A stretch of DNA of 64,000 nucleotides from an uncultured delta proteobacterium (GTDB lineage Bacteria > Desulfobacterota > Binatia > UBA9968). The number at the start of each line of letters is the position of its first letter. Within the stretch, counting starts at the first letter, position 1. Position numbers and translations under genes: made by a program. The stretch covers positions 480,001-544,000 of the forward strand of contig CAVYTU010000015.1 of NCBI GenBank assembly GCA_963771465.1. Reading direction: 5' to 3'. Under the pieces are notes generated by a model. The model was not told where the DNA came from and searched no databases. It was given only the letters and a program-made list of their open reading frames with translations. Below are positions 43,681 through 52,472 of the stretch, one piece after another.

Positions 43681-44069
43681 CCCGGATTCAGCCGCTGAAA
43701 TCGCCACTCAGAAGCACAGACCCACCGTCTTCTTCACGACGAAAGGAGCGCGCCCCACTCGCCGATTCAATTTCAACTGCGCAGTCCTCCGGGATGAATA
43801 GTAATTGGCCGATTTCCACCGCGGTAACATTCCATGGGGGAGCGCGTACATGCGCTCGGCATCTTTGAGTGAATTAGCCTTTTGCGATACTGACAGCGCC
43901 GCCAGACCATCATGCATGAGTCACCTTTGCGGTTCGGTCGTGAGCGATTCCAACCCGCTTGGAATGTTATGAACCCATAGGGAAATCCCCTACAGGTTCA
44001 AATGTAGAATACTATCGCTCTGAATACCGGACAGCGTGAAATTTCAATGATTTACACCGGCGAACTGAT

Positions 44070-44085
44070 TGGCACTTCACTTGCT
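44070..44085 (+). promoter_or_regulatory. sigma54 (-24/-12) promoter
   Basis: TGGCAC-TTCAC-TTGCT; IHF-like TTTCAATGATTTA at 44042..44054; palindrome at 43976..43994. Confidence 0.85.
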
Positions 44086-44131
44086 CTAATCAAATGGATG
44101 TCTGGTTTGAAAAGAGGCATCACCACTACCC

Positions 44132-45772
44132 ATGAGCTACAGTCAATTTGAATCACGGCGGGATTCGCCTTTCACCGGTGTTGTCGGTGCGCGTTCGTTT
44201 TTCAAAAGTTCCCATTACCGCGAGGCGCTGGCGACGCTTTACCATGGTGTTGAGACGCGGAAAAAATTAATCCTTTGCACCGGCGAAGCCGGCACGGGTA
44301 AGTCCACGTTGCTGCAACAATTTGCGCTCGAACAAGGTGCCAACGTTAACTGCGTGCTGATCTCCGATCCGCATCTCGGTTTCACCGAGATAATCCGCTC
44401 GATCCTGGGTCAATTACAGGTCGAATCGGCATCGACGGCGGAACCGGCATTGCTCCGACAATGGCTGAAGGTGATGCGTTTAGAGTGTGAATCAGGCCGG
44501 ATCATTTGCCTGGCTTTCGATGATGCGCATCATTTGCACGACCGAGTGCTCGAAAAGATATTGCACGAGTTTATCGGAGTGAACCCGGTAGACTCGCAGA
44601 AACATTTCGCGCAGGTCATCTTGGCGGGACGGCCAAAACTGAAAGACAGATTATTTCGACCGCCGCTCGGATCGCTCGGTTCGTTGCTGCTGGGTAGCGA
44701 GTGTCGATTGGCGGTACTGAACGACAAAGAAATAGGCGAGTATATTGAACATCAGCTGCGCGCCGCCGATCTACCGGTGGACCTCTTCGGCCACGAGGCG
44801 ATCCAACGCATCGCCGTTTATTCGGGCGGCAACCTGCACCATGTCAATGTCTTATGCGACCGCCTTTTCCAGGCAACCGGCGCTTCGTTAAAACGGCAGA
44901 TTTCAGTTGCCGCGATTGAAACAGCAGCGCAAGATCTCAACCTTTGGCAGCCTCGCTGGACTAGCATGGAAAAGCCGACAAAGGATTTTACCTTACCGAA
45001 GGAACGAGACGAACCTTTTGGTTTCACGCTCGACGACAACGACACGACGGAAGCCGTGGGCCAAACATTCATGAATTATAGCGACGACAGCAGTCCGACC
45101 CAATCACTTTTGTCGCGGAACGGACATGGTCGGCGAATTTCGATATGGGTGATTCTCATCGCGCTTGTGGGAGCGGGCGCATGGTGGCAAGGCAATCAGG
45201 TGGAAGACCGTCGTGATAGCTCTGACAACAATAAAAAGTATGAAGCTGTGCGCTCGGATTATTTGCCATTCTCGGCTCCGACAAATGCCGACCGAAAAAC
45301 CGATTCCGTAGCCCAGGAGTTGGAACCCAACACGCTGCCCCCGGATAGCAAACTTTCTCCTCCTCCACCAGCGGGTGAGGCGGAGGACAAAAACCAAGTA
45401 GCTTCCCTACCGGAGACCGGCAAACAGAGCGAGCCGCCAACCGCCGCCGCGCCACGACAAAACCCGCCGATTGCGAAGCCCGATCCCGCGCCAAAAAAAG
45501 TTACTCCAGCGGTGAAACAGAAAGGGCCCGAGAGTCATCCGCCAGCTCCTATCGAAAACGCCGAAATCCGCAGAAAGCGTCTAGAAATAGAAGTTGCCAA
45601 GGCGATCGAAAACCGGGCCATTGCCGGCGTCGCTGTCGCGGTGATCGACGAAATCATTTTTCTCGACGGGCGAGTCGCCACCGAGAGACAGCGAGCCGCC
45701 GCGGAACTAGCCGCGCGCAGCGTCGCCGGCGTCGAAAAAGTGCGCAATCGCATCGGCGTCAATGTCAGCTAA
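44132..45772 (+). CDS. ExeA/GspA-like AAA ATPase with TM helix, Pro-rich linker and C-terminal BON domain
   Basis: HYREALATLYHG, Walker A GEAGTGKS, LAFDDAH, QVILAGRP, SGGN...NVLCD; C-terminal IFLDGRVATERQRAAAELAARSVAGVEKVRNRIGV. Confidence 0.82.
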   Translation: MSYSQFESRRDSPFTGVVGARSFFKSSHYREALATLYHGVETRKKLILCTGEAGTGKSTLLQQFALEQGANVNCVLISDPHLGFTEIIRSILGQLQVESASTAEPALLRQWLKVMRLECESGRIICLAFDDAHHLHDRVLEKILHEFIGVNPVDSQKHFAQVILAGRPKLKDRLFRPPLGSLGSLLLGSECRLAVLNDKEIGEYIEHQLRAADLPVDLFGHEAIQRIAVYSGGNLHHVNVLCDRLFQATGASLKRQISVAAIETAAQDLNLWQPRWTSMEKPTKDFTLPKERDEPFGFTLDDNDTTEAVGQTFMNYSDDSSPTQSLLSRNGHGRRISIWVILIALVGAGAWWQGNQVEDRRDSSDNNKKYEAVRSDYLPFSAPTNADRKTDSVAQELEPNTLPPDSKLSPPPPAGEAEDKNQVASLPETGKQSEPPTAAAPRQNPPIAKPDPAPKKVTPAVKQKGPESHPPAPIENAEIRRKRLEIEVAKAIENRAIAGVAVAVIDEIIFLDGRVATERQRAAAELAARSVAGVEKVRNRIGVNVS

Positions 45773-45775
45773 AAC

Positions 45776-47758
45776 TTAAACCCGGATTCTAGCCGGTGAC
45801 CCGTAGGAGCCGGGTCTTGGCTTCGTCAGATCTGGGAACCATGGACTGACCCCCTGATCGATGAAAAGCCGGTGCCAGATTTCGAACGTTAGCAGTGCCC
45901 ATAAACGATGACCATGGTCGCGTTTGCCGCTCATGTGCTCACCGACGAGCGTTCGAACCACGGGCTCTCGGAAGTAACCGCGTTGCAACGCCTCCGGCGA
46001 CAGAATCGTGTCGCAGAGAAAATCTTTTAAGCCAGCGCGAAACCAGCGTCCCACGGGTACGCCAAAGCCATGCTTTTTGCGCCGGACAATTTCGCGCGGC
46101 AAGATCCCTTCGAAGGCACGCTTTAGAATGTAATTCGTCGTCATGCCTTTAAGCTTGAGTTGTGACGGAATTTTACTGGCGCGCGCGAGCAGTTGATCGT
46201 CGAGAAAAGGACAGCGCGCTTCGAGCGAGTTAGCCATCGTCATGCGATCCATCTTGACCAGTGAATCGCTCGCCATGTTTAACGTTAGCAGTTGAGCGAT
46301 TGGATTGGCGGCTTGGCGCGCATCGAAATAGCCACGAAGGTGACCGGCTGTATCGATCTCAGTGGAGTCGAGCAAAAGCTCGTGTAAAAAGTCGGGCTTG
46401 AAAATGCCGACCCATTCCAGATAGCGCTCGGGCAAAGGCAGCGACGCCCTCTCGACAAATTGGCGCGCGCGGCGCACAAGCCCAAAGTACGACGTGGATT
46501 CCGGCAACGCGTGAACGAGCCGGCTGACCGCGCCGCGCAAAATCGGCGGCGTGCGCCGATGAAACTCCGCCATACGCGCGGCGGCAAATCGCTCATAGCC
46601 CACGAAAAGCTCATCGCCGCCGTCGCCGGTGAGTGCAACCTTGACATGCTCACGCGCGAGTTGCGCGACGTAATAGATCGGCAGCGCCGAAGAGTCGGCG
46701 AAGGGTTGGTCGTAGTGCCAAACGAGCTTCGGCAAAAGTTCAATGACGTCGGGTTTGACTATGAACTCGTGATGATCGGCGCCGAACTGCTGCGCCACCA
46801 GCCGCGCGTATTTCAATTCGTTGAACGAAGGTTCGTCGGCAAAGCCGATGGCAAACGTGCTGACGGAGTGACCGAGCAATCGCGTCATGACTGCGACGAC
46901 TGCCGCCGAATCGATTTCGCCGCTGAGAAAAGCACCCAGCGGCACATCGCTCACCAGACGAGACCTGACCGCATCTTCGAAATGGGCGCGCACTTCGTGG
47001 AAATACTCCGCCTCGGAGTGCACCGGCTCGATGACAGGATCGCGCGGTAGCTCCCAATACCGGCTGACGCTCACACTGCCATCTTCGACAATCGCCGTGT
47101 GGCCCGGCGCCAGCTCGTAAATATCCTCGAAAAAAGTCGCAGGGGACGGCACGTAGCCGTAGGTGAAATAAAGCGGCACGACGGCGCGATTGACCCGCGG
47201 GCGCACGCCAGGATGCGCCAAGATGGCCTTGATCTCAGAGCCAAAAATGAGCTGTTCCTCGTCGAGGAAATAAAAGAGCGGCTTCTCGCCGACTCGATCT
47301 CGCGCCAAAAATAAACGAGCGGATGGCGCCGTAGCCTTGCCTTGATGGCCATTCGCCCTTCGACGATCGCAGATGGCGAACGCGAACATGCCGCGCAACC
47401 GGCGCACACAATCGAAGCCCCATTCTTCGTAAGCGCGTAGAATCACCTCCGCGTCGGATCGGGTGCGAAAATGGCAGCCGCGGCCTTTGAGTGCGTCGCG
47501 CAGCTCCTTGACGTTGTAAATTTCGCCGTTGAAAACGATCCAACAATCTTCCGCTTCGTTGGCGATCGGTTGCTGGCCGCCTTCGATGTCGATGATGCTG
47601 AGCCGAGTCATGCCTAGCACCGCGTCATCGAAAACCACTGCGCCGCGGTCGTCGGGGCCGCGATGCGTCAGCGAGGCGTTCATCGGCTCGAACCAAGCTG
47701 TCGAGGTTTGAATGTCGATTTTGCCGTTGAGTTGAATCCAGCCGCAGATACCAGACAT
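45776..47758 (-). CDS. Asparagine synthase (glutamine-hydrolysing) AsnB-like amidotransferase with degenerate catalytic motifs
   Basis: HRGPD, RLSIID, FNGEIYN, ARDRVG.KP, DVPLGAFLS, TGDGGDELF.GY, RKKHGF; but the N-terminus is MSGICG and the PP-loop is SGEIDS. Confidence 0.85.
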   Translation of the reverse strand: MSGICGWIQLNGKIDIQTSTAWFEPMNASLTHRGPDDRGAVVFDDAVLGMTRLSIIDIEGGQQPIANEAEDCWIVFNGEIYNVKELRDALKGRGCHFRTRSDAEVILRAYEEWGFDCVRRLRGMFAFAICDRRRANGHQGKATAPSARLFLARDRVGEKPLFYFLDEEQLIFGSEIKAILAHPGVRPRVNRAVVPLYFTYGYVPSPATFFEDIYELAPGHTAIVEDGSVSVSRYWELPRDPVIEPVHSEAEYFHEVRAHFEDAVRSRLVSDVPLGAFLSGEIDSAAVVAVMTRLLGHSVSTFAIGFADEPSFNELKYARLVAQQFGADHHEFIVKPDVIELLPKLVWHYDQPFADSSALPIYYVAQLAREHVKVALTGDGGDELFVGYERFAAARMAEFHRRTPPILRGAVSRLVHALPESTSYFGLVRRARQFVERASLPLPERYLEWVGIFKPDFLHELLLDSTEIDTAGHLRGYFDARQAANPIAQLLTLNMASDSLVKMDRMTMANSLEARCPFLDDQLLARASKIPSQLKLKGMTTNYILKRAFEGILPREIVRRKKHGFGVPVGRWFRAGLKDFLCDTILSPEALQRGYFREPVVRTLVGEHMSGKRDHGHRLWALLTFEIWHRLFIDQGVSPWFPDLTKPRPGSYGSPARIRV

Positions 47759-48183
47759 GATTTTCCGATCCTCCGTGGGCTCCGTCAATTACGCCAACCA
47801 GCGGAGAACTGAGATTTTGCCGCAGGCTTTGCAGTAACAGCGACGTAGTCGCGCCACATTCATACGAGCTTGCTATTCTCTTGATATTTCGGATTTGTTT
47901 TTTCTTACTAATTTGTTCCGCGACATTGCCATCACCTACGCGCAGTTCGGCGCGGCATTTCCTCCCCGTGAAGCGAAAAAACTCATCTGAGATCGACGGC
48001 AGAGAATTGGAATTGGTCGAACATTGAGTTGATCAAAAAACTGAAGTGATTTGAGCCCGTGTTGGTGGACTCGGCGAGACTACGCGAAATACCCCCGGTG
48101 GGCTTCATACGCCACCGAGCCAAGGCGCGTTGCCGCCTTTTTGATCGGGCATTGCCGGCAATTCTGAGAATTGCGACAGCGGA

Positions 48184-48348
48184 TCAATGCCAACTTTTAG
48201 AAATCGGCTCGGTATTATGAAAAAGGTCCGATAGGATATAGGCGACTAGAATATTTGCCGCCTTTTCATCATGCACATGCCGGGAGGTTTCTTCAGTCAA
48301 TGCTACGATCAGCTCTCCCAAAGTAGTCTCGCCATTCTCTCGTTCCAT
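48184..48348 (-). CDS. 54-aa hypothetical protein, not in ORF track; paralog of 15903..16079
   Basis: MERENGETTLGELIVALTEETSRHVHDEKAANILVAYILSDLFHNTEPISKSWH*; AGGAGG RBS. Confidence 0.75.
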   Translation of the reverse strand: MERENGETTLGELIVALTEETSRHVHDEKAANILVAYILSDLFHNTEPISKSWH

Positions 48349-48478
48349 GTCCGGCCTCCTGGTAGATTTGCGTGCCTTATTTACGCCGCGTCACTGCCAA
48401 CAAGAACTGTGAAGATGGCTGCGACTCCTGGTATTTTTTGCGATTCATCGAGCTACTTTCTCACTTTCGCGCCATGAC

Positions 48479-48835
48479 TCATGAAATTTGAAATCCAAGT
48501 ATGATAGATTCCAGTTTCATACCTGGTTCAGCGTGAAGCTTGACGATACGACCCGGAGAGTCCACGGCTATGAAGGCGGTGGGACTACCCACGATACAAT
48601 CGCCAGCGGTGCACACACTGGGATAAATCACCACGGCAAACAATCCCTTCGCGGGATTTTGAAGCACGGTCGCGATGTAGCCATCTTGGACCGCGCTTAC
48701 CGCGCCCTCGACAAATTCAAAGTCGCTCAGAAATCTCCAAGGGTTTTCCTCTTGAGCATGCAATGGCGATCGATCTAATAATAGGATGGCAACAACGATA
48801 AGCGCGGAACCAATTTTTATTAAACGAGAGTGCAT
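48479..48835 (-). CDS. Secreted hypothetical protein
   Basis: Probable start MHSRLIKIG, signal peptide ending LHA-QEE; downstream of a sigma54 promoter. Confidence 0.6.
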   Translation of the reverse strand: MHSRLIKIGSALIVVAILLLDRSPLHAQEENPWRFLSDFEFVEGAVSAVQDGYIATVLQNPAKGLFAVVIYPSVCTAGDCIVGSPTAFIAVDSPGRIVKLHAEPGMKLESIILGFQIS

Positions 48836-48965
48836 GACAAAAGCTCCATCCGTTCTCCAAGAGCGAAAAATCCAAAAAATCTGACGTCCTCGGCTTTGTC
48901 TCACATGCTGCGAAACTTGGTCTTCCGCGTTCGTGCTCGCAAAGAATTTTTCGGATTCTATTGAG

Positions 48966-48981
48966 CGCAAAGCTCGTGCCA
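48966..48981 (-). promoter_or_regulatory. sigma54 (-24/-12) promoter
   Basis: Minus strand TGGCAC-GAGCT-TTGCG. Confidence 0.82.
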
Positions 48982-49209
48982 AATAATCCCTCGTTGCATA
49001 ACTGTTGATTCCAGTGCGAATTTTGGCATTACTCGATGATGCAGCCAAAGCTCTTGGAGGAATTCTCCCTAAAAAAATAGGAAACTGGAGGAATTTTGAA
49101 TTTTGATAATTTTTAACCTGGATTCCGCGGTTGGAGTCGGTTGCTTATTGCGTCTTCACCACGGAAGCCGTGCGTCGCACTCACCAAGCTACTAACGCGA
49201 CCTACCAGA

Positions 49210-49467
49210 TCAGGAAGCCGCCGCGATGGGTTTGAGATTGTTAGACGGCGCTACGATCTCTGCGAAGTCGTGTTCATCAAGCCACAGCTTATCGCCATCG
49301 ATGCCGCCTCCCGGATAGCGTTCGTCAAATTGCACCAGCCATCTTCTTTTTTGTCCCTGGCTTTGCTCGTCTATTACCAATCCGGTTTGATTGGCGCGTA
49401 GGCCATGATTCGGTGAGATCGTCACACGAGCCCAGACACTGACAGTGCTTTTTTCCTTGGTGTTCAT
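49210..49467 (-). CDS. Small hypothetical protein (beta-rich, possibly SH3-like)
   Basis: 85-aa ORF with AGGAGG RBS and its own sigma54 promoter. Confidence 0.65.
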   Translation of the reverse strand: MNTKEKSTVSVWARVTISPNHGLRANQTGLVIDEQSQGQKRRWLVQFDERYPGGGIDGDKLWLDEHDFAEIVAPSNNLKPIAAAS

Positions 49468-49523
49468 TTCAGGCCTCCTGACATGCCATCAGCGCTACTT
49501 CACAATGACTGAAGACATGAAAA

Positions 49524-49539
49524 GGCAAGCAGCGTGCCA
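49524..49539 (-). promoter_or_regulatory. sigma54 (-24/-12) promoter
   Basis: Minus strand TGGCAC-GCTGC-TTGCC. Confidence 0.75.
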
Positions 49540-49714
49540 TGCTAACCAGGACAACGCTCGTGTATTTTTCAAGGAATTTATGTGGCTGAAGTTATGAAAA
49601 TCCCGTCTTGAAGGGAATGTCCGTACAATCCCGCCGCTCGAGTACCGGGAAGGTCATTGCTGGGGACCCGGGACCTTTGCAGTTTTACCTCCCGCAGTCC
49701 CTCTGAATCCTACC

Positions 49715-50122
49715 TTACTGAAATGGAATGATTTCAGTAAACCCGGCCACTGACACCACTGTCTCGTATTGACCGTCCGTCCGAACCGTCGATGTCGTAC
49801 CTTGTCGATAAGTGAAAGGTATGGCCGCGCCAGCAGGTATCGTTTTTTCTACCGTGTAATACGAAGCCGTTCCCAACTCGTCGCTTCCCGGGTGGAACTC
49901 GTTCTTCCAATGCCAGATGTGTCGGACAAGCAACTCCACGTTTCGAACGTCACGGCGCGAACGATTCACAATCTCGCCGGATACAACGCTATCGCGGAAC
50001 GCCAGGTTGCGAACCTCGATACTTTCAGCGGACTGTTTCACCGATACGAGCGGCTGCGCGGCGCTGGCCGATGCCGACGCTAATACCAACGTCAAGCCGA
50101 TTAGTAGAGTGCGACATTTCAT
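49715..50122 (-). CDS. Secreted hypothetical protein (Ig-like beta sandwich inferred)
   Basis: Signal peptide ASASA-AQ; VSGEIVNRS...VRNVELLV. Confidence 0.7.
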   Translation of the reverse strand: MKCRTLLIGLTLVLASASASAAQPLVSVKQSAESIEVRNLAFRDSVVSGEIVNRSRRDVRNVELLVRHIWHWKNEFHPGSDELGTASYYTVEKTIPAGAAIPFTYRQGTTSTVRTDGQYETVVSVAGFTEIIPFQ

Positions 50123-50155
50123 AAAAGACTCTCTCGCTTCGCTTTCCTGGTTGCC

Positions 50156-50201
50156 GTGGCGCCGCAGCAGCGCGTTTACTATTACCCCGCTGCGGCGCCA
50201 C
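50156..50201. repeat. Intergenic inverted repeat
   Basis: 13-bp perfect stem GTGGCGCCGCAGC / GCTGCGGCGCCAC with no U-tract. Confidence 0.7.
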
Positions 50202-50249
50202 CACCCTCATCTAATGCGCCTAATGCGCCATGATAATTGCCCTAATTTA

Positions 50250-50606
50250 TCAATATTCCCCGCGCTCGCGTCTTAAGCGCTCAGTCTCACGACGCTGCCG
50301 ATCGATCTCAGCCTGATTGCGGTTGATCTGTTCCTGTTGCCGGTAGTTTGTATTCTCCTGTCCCTGGAGTTGGTCGCCAACCAACGCGCCCGCGCCGAGT
50401 CCTAGGCCGCCACCGATCGCGGCGCCCGCTCCAGGGTGGCCAACGGCACTGCCGACGATGCCTCCCACCGCGGCTCCGCCAAGGGCACCTATCCCTGCGC
50501 CTTTCTCTCTCGTCGTCAACGACCCACCGGCACAACCGGCACCGATTAGAGTCACGCCAAGAATTGACGCTGTAATGAAGTTTCTACCGATGTTCTTGTT
50601 GTTCAT
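50250..50606 (-). CDS. Glycine-zipper lipoprotein
   Basis: Lipobox GAGC, GAGIGALGGAAVGGIVG...GAAIGGGLGLGAGALVGDQ, coiled-coil tail. Confidence 0.85.
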   Translation of the reverse strand: MNNKNIGRNFITASILGVTLIGAGCAGGSLTTREKGAGIGALGGAAVGGIVGSAVGHPGAGAAIGGGLGLGAGALVGDQLQGQENTNYRQQEQINRNQAEIDRQRRETERLRRERGEY

Positions 50607-50834
50607 AAATCTCCCTTCGTTACTGTAATGTAGTTTTCGCGCTCAACCCTATTCCCGACTTCCTGATTCGGGAAATCTCCTGTTCGCCTATGGAAGAAAT
50701 GCGTTGCAATTTTGCGTTTTCAAATTTCCCCTCCTTCTGACTGACTAACTGAAATAGGTAGTTGGCCAACCTCCAGACCAACTCCTAATTCTAGTCGCCC
50801 CGTAAATATTCCGGAAGCGGCTAACACTAAGTAG

Positions 50835-50850
50835 CGCAAGCTGCATGCCA
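50835..50850 (-). promoter_or_regulatory. sigma54 (-24/-12) promoter
   Basis: Minus strand TGGCAT-GCAGC-TTGCG. Confidence 0.8.
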
Positions 50851-51064
50851 ATCGTTAATGGTTGTTTCTAAAGAAGTTTTCGCCAGGCCGATGTTGGGAA
50901 TTTCCTCCGGGAAAGGAATTTCCGTACGTGGGTTAGAAAATTTTCATGGCGCTGCTGCGAAAACTCTCTGAATGATCGATGTCCAGCCTCACTCTGACGG
51001 GAACGCGCGCGATACCGTGATACTAAAAACAATTAATCGCTAGTAATTCCGAAATAGCCAAGGT

Positions 51065-51694
51065 TCATGTTTTCTGTTTTTTCACAGGCGCGTCGAACTG
51101 CTTTTCCTTCATCTTGCTCAAAAGATCTTCGTAGGAAGACTTTGCGATAACGCGGTTGAATTGAGAACGGTAGTTATTAATCACGCTGACGTTCTCAAGC
51201 ACCACGTCGTAAACTTTCCATCCGCCGTCGGCCTGATGAAGTTTGTATTCGACGGCGAACTCCTCACCTTTTTTCGTCATGACTTTGCTGGTGACATCCG
51301 CAAAGGTTTTGTCCTGGGTGTCTTTAACGATGACCACTTTCTCACCGTTATAGGACTCGATCGAGTCCAGATAAGCCCCTTCAACAAGTTCAGTGAACAG
51401 CTCGACAAATTTTTTCTGTTCCTCAGGGCTTCTGCGCTGCCAGTGCGAGCCGAGTGAACGCTTGGCCATCTCGGCGAAGTCGAATTTAGGGTTAATGACG
51501 GCCCTAAGCTTACTGCGGCGATCTTTTTGCTTATCCGGGCCCTTCAAATTAGGATCCTGAATTATTGCCAACACACTCTCGACCGTGGCGCGCATCTCAT
51601 CGCCCGGAACTCCGGCTGTAACAGGCACCGCCACCGCCAGGTAAATGATTCCAAGCACCGGCACCCACCATTTGCGCGTAAGAATTCGCTTCAT
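51065..51694 (-). CDS. mlaC: MlaC/Ttg2D-family phospholipid-binding periplasmic protein
   Basis: FDFAEMAKRSLGSHW, WKVYDVVLENVSVINNYRSQF. Confidence 0.9.
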   Translation of the reverse strand: MKRILTRKWWVPVLGIIYLAVAVPVTAGVPGDEMRATVESVLAIIQDPNLKGPDKQKDRRSKLRAVINPKFDFAEMAKRSLGSHWQRRSPEEQKKFVELFTELVEGAYLDSIESYNGEKVVIVKDTQDKTFADVTSKVMTKKGEEFAVEYKLHQADGGWKVYDVVLENVSVINNYRSQFNRVIAKSSYEDLLSKMKEKQFDAPVKKQKT

Positions 51695-51793
51695 TTTTAA
51701 ACCTCTTATCGTTCCGGCCGCATGTCCGACTGTGCGGTTCATGAGAATTCGCCGTTTGCCGAAAAACCAATTCGTTTCCCAACGGGTCGGATG

Positions 51794-51809
51794 AGCAAGC
51801 GAGGTGCCA
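51794..51809 (-). promoter_or_regulatory. sigma54 (-24/-12) promoter
   Basis: Minus strand TGGCAC-CTCGC-TTGCT. Confidence 0.85.
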
Positions 51810-51956
51810 GGGATAATAAAGCGCTACGTCCCTGAATTTGAAGATATTTCGAAAAAGCCCAGCTCATGCAGGGATCTCGAACAAGAGTTTTTCATACAAA
51901 TAGAAGGAATTTCTCATTCATTGGATTTCGTGATTTTCTCGGTTATTTGCAGCCAT

Positions 51957-52430
51957 TTATTCTTTAACGGATTCATGGAAGCCATTAATTTTTCCGCGCC
52001 ATCCGCCGGTTTCTCCACCGCGCGTTTCAATAAACTCTTTGAAACGCTGCAGATCTTCCTGCACGCGATTTGATGCGATGCCCAATTTATCACCCGTTTC
52101 TTCGAGAAACGTTTCCGGCTCGTAATCAATACGCAAAACGACTCGAGTGACAGAGTCGTTCACCGGATTGAAGGAAACGATCCCGTTGCGCACTGGACCT
52201 CTAGCGCCGTACCAAGCTATTCTTTTATCTGGCACCTGTTCCGATATCTCAGCGTCCCACTCCACCTTAACCCCAGCGATTTTAGCCACCCAATGGAGGC
52301 CTGTTTCGTCGAGCTGTTGGACGCTTTCAATATTTTCCATGAATTTGGGAAATTCTTCGAACTGCGTCCATTGATTGTAGACAGCTCGTACAGGAACATT
52401 GACATCAATATATTTTTTTATCGATTTCAT
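51957..52430 (-). CDS. SRPBCC / polyketide-cyclase family protein
   Basis: IDVNVPVRAVYNQWTQFEEFPKFM...EWDAEISEQVPDKRIAW...DLQRFKEFIETRGGETGGWRG. Confidence 0.9.
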   Translation of the reverse strand: MKSIKKYIDVNVPVRAVYNQWTQFEEFPKFMENIESVQQLDETGLHWVAKIAGVKVEWDAEISEQVPDKRIAWYGARGPVRNGIVSFNPVNDSVTRVVLRIDYEPETFLEETGDKLGIASNRVQEDLQRFKEFIETRGGETGGWRGKINGFHESVKE

Positions 52431-52472
52431 GCTGGATCTCCGCAACGACAGATCTGCTAATACAGAAAATCG

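Noticed and set aside
48178-48192. TGGCATTGATCCGCT as a sigma54 promoter for asnB
   Set aside because: GG-GC spacing is 9 rather than 10, and it overlaps the last codons of the 54-aa ORF.
45776-48348. AsnB-like gene plus small ORF as a lasso peptide cluster
   Set aside because: The protein is a full two-domain AsnB, no B1/B2 peptidase or RRE gene is present, and the small ORF lacks lasso precursor features and belongs to the helical paralog family.
50211-50230. Tandem 9-mer CTAATGCGC x2
   Set aside because: Only two copies and no recurrence noticed; probably a local slippage duplication.
50869-50894. TAAA-N14-GCCGATGT as a sigma28 promoter
   Set aside because: The spacer is one base short, no gene lies downstream on that strand, and it overlaps the enhancer-like sites.
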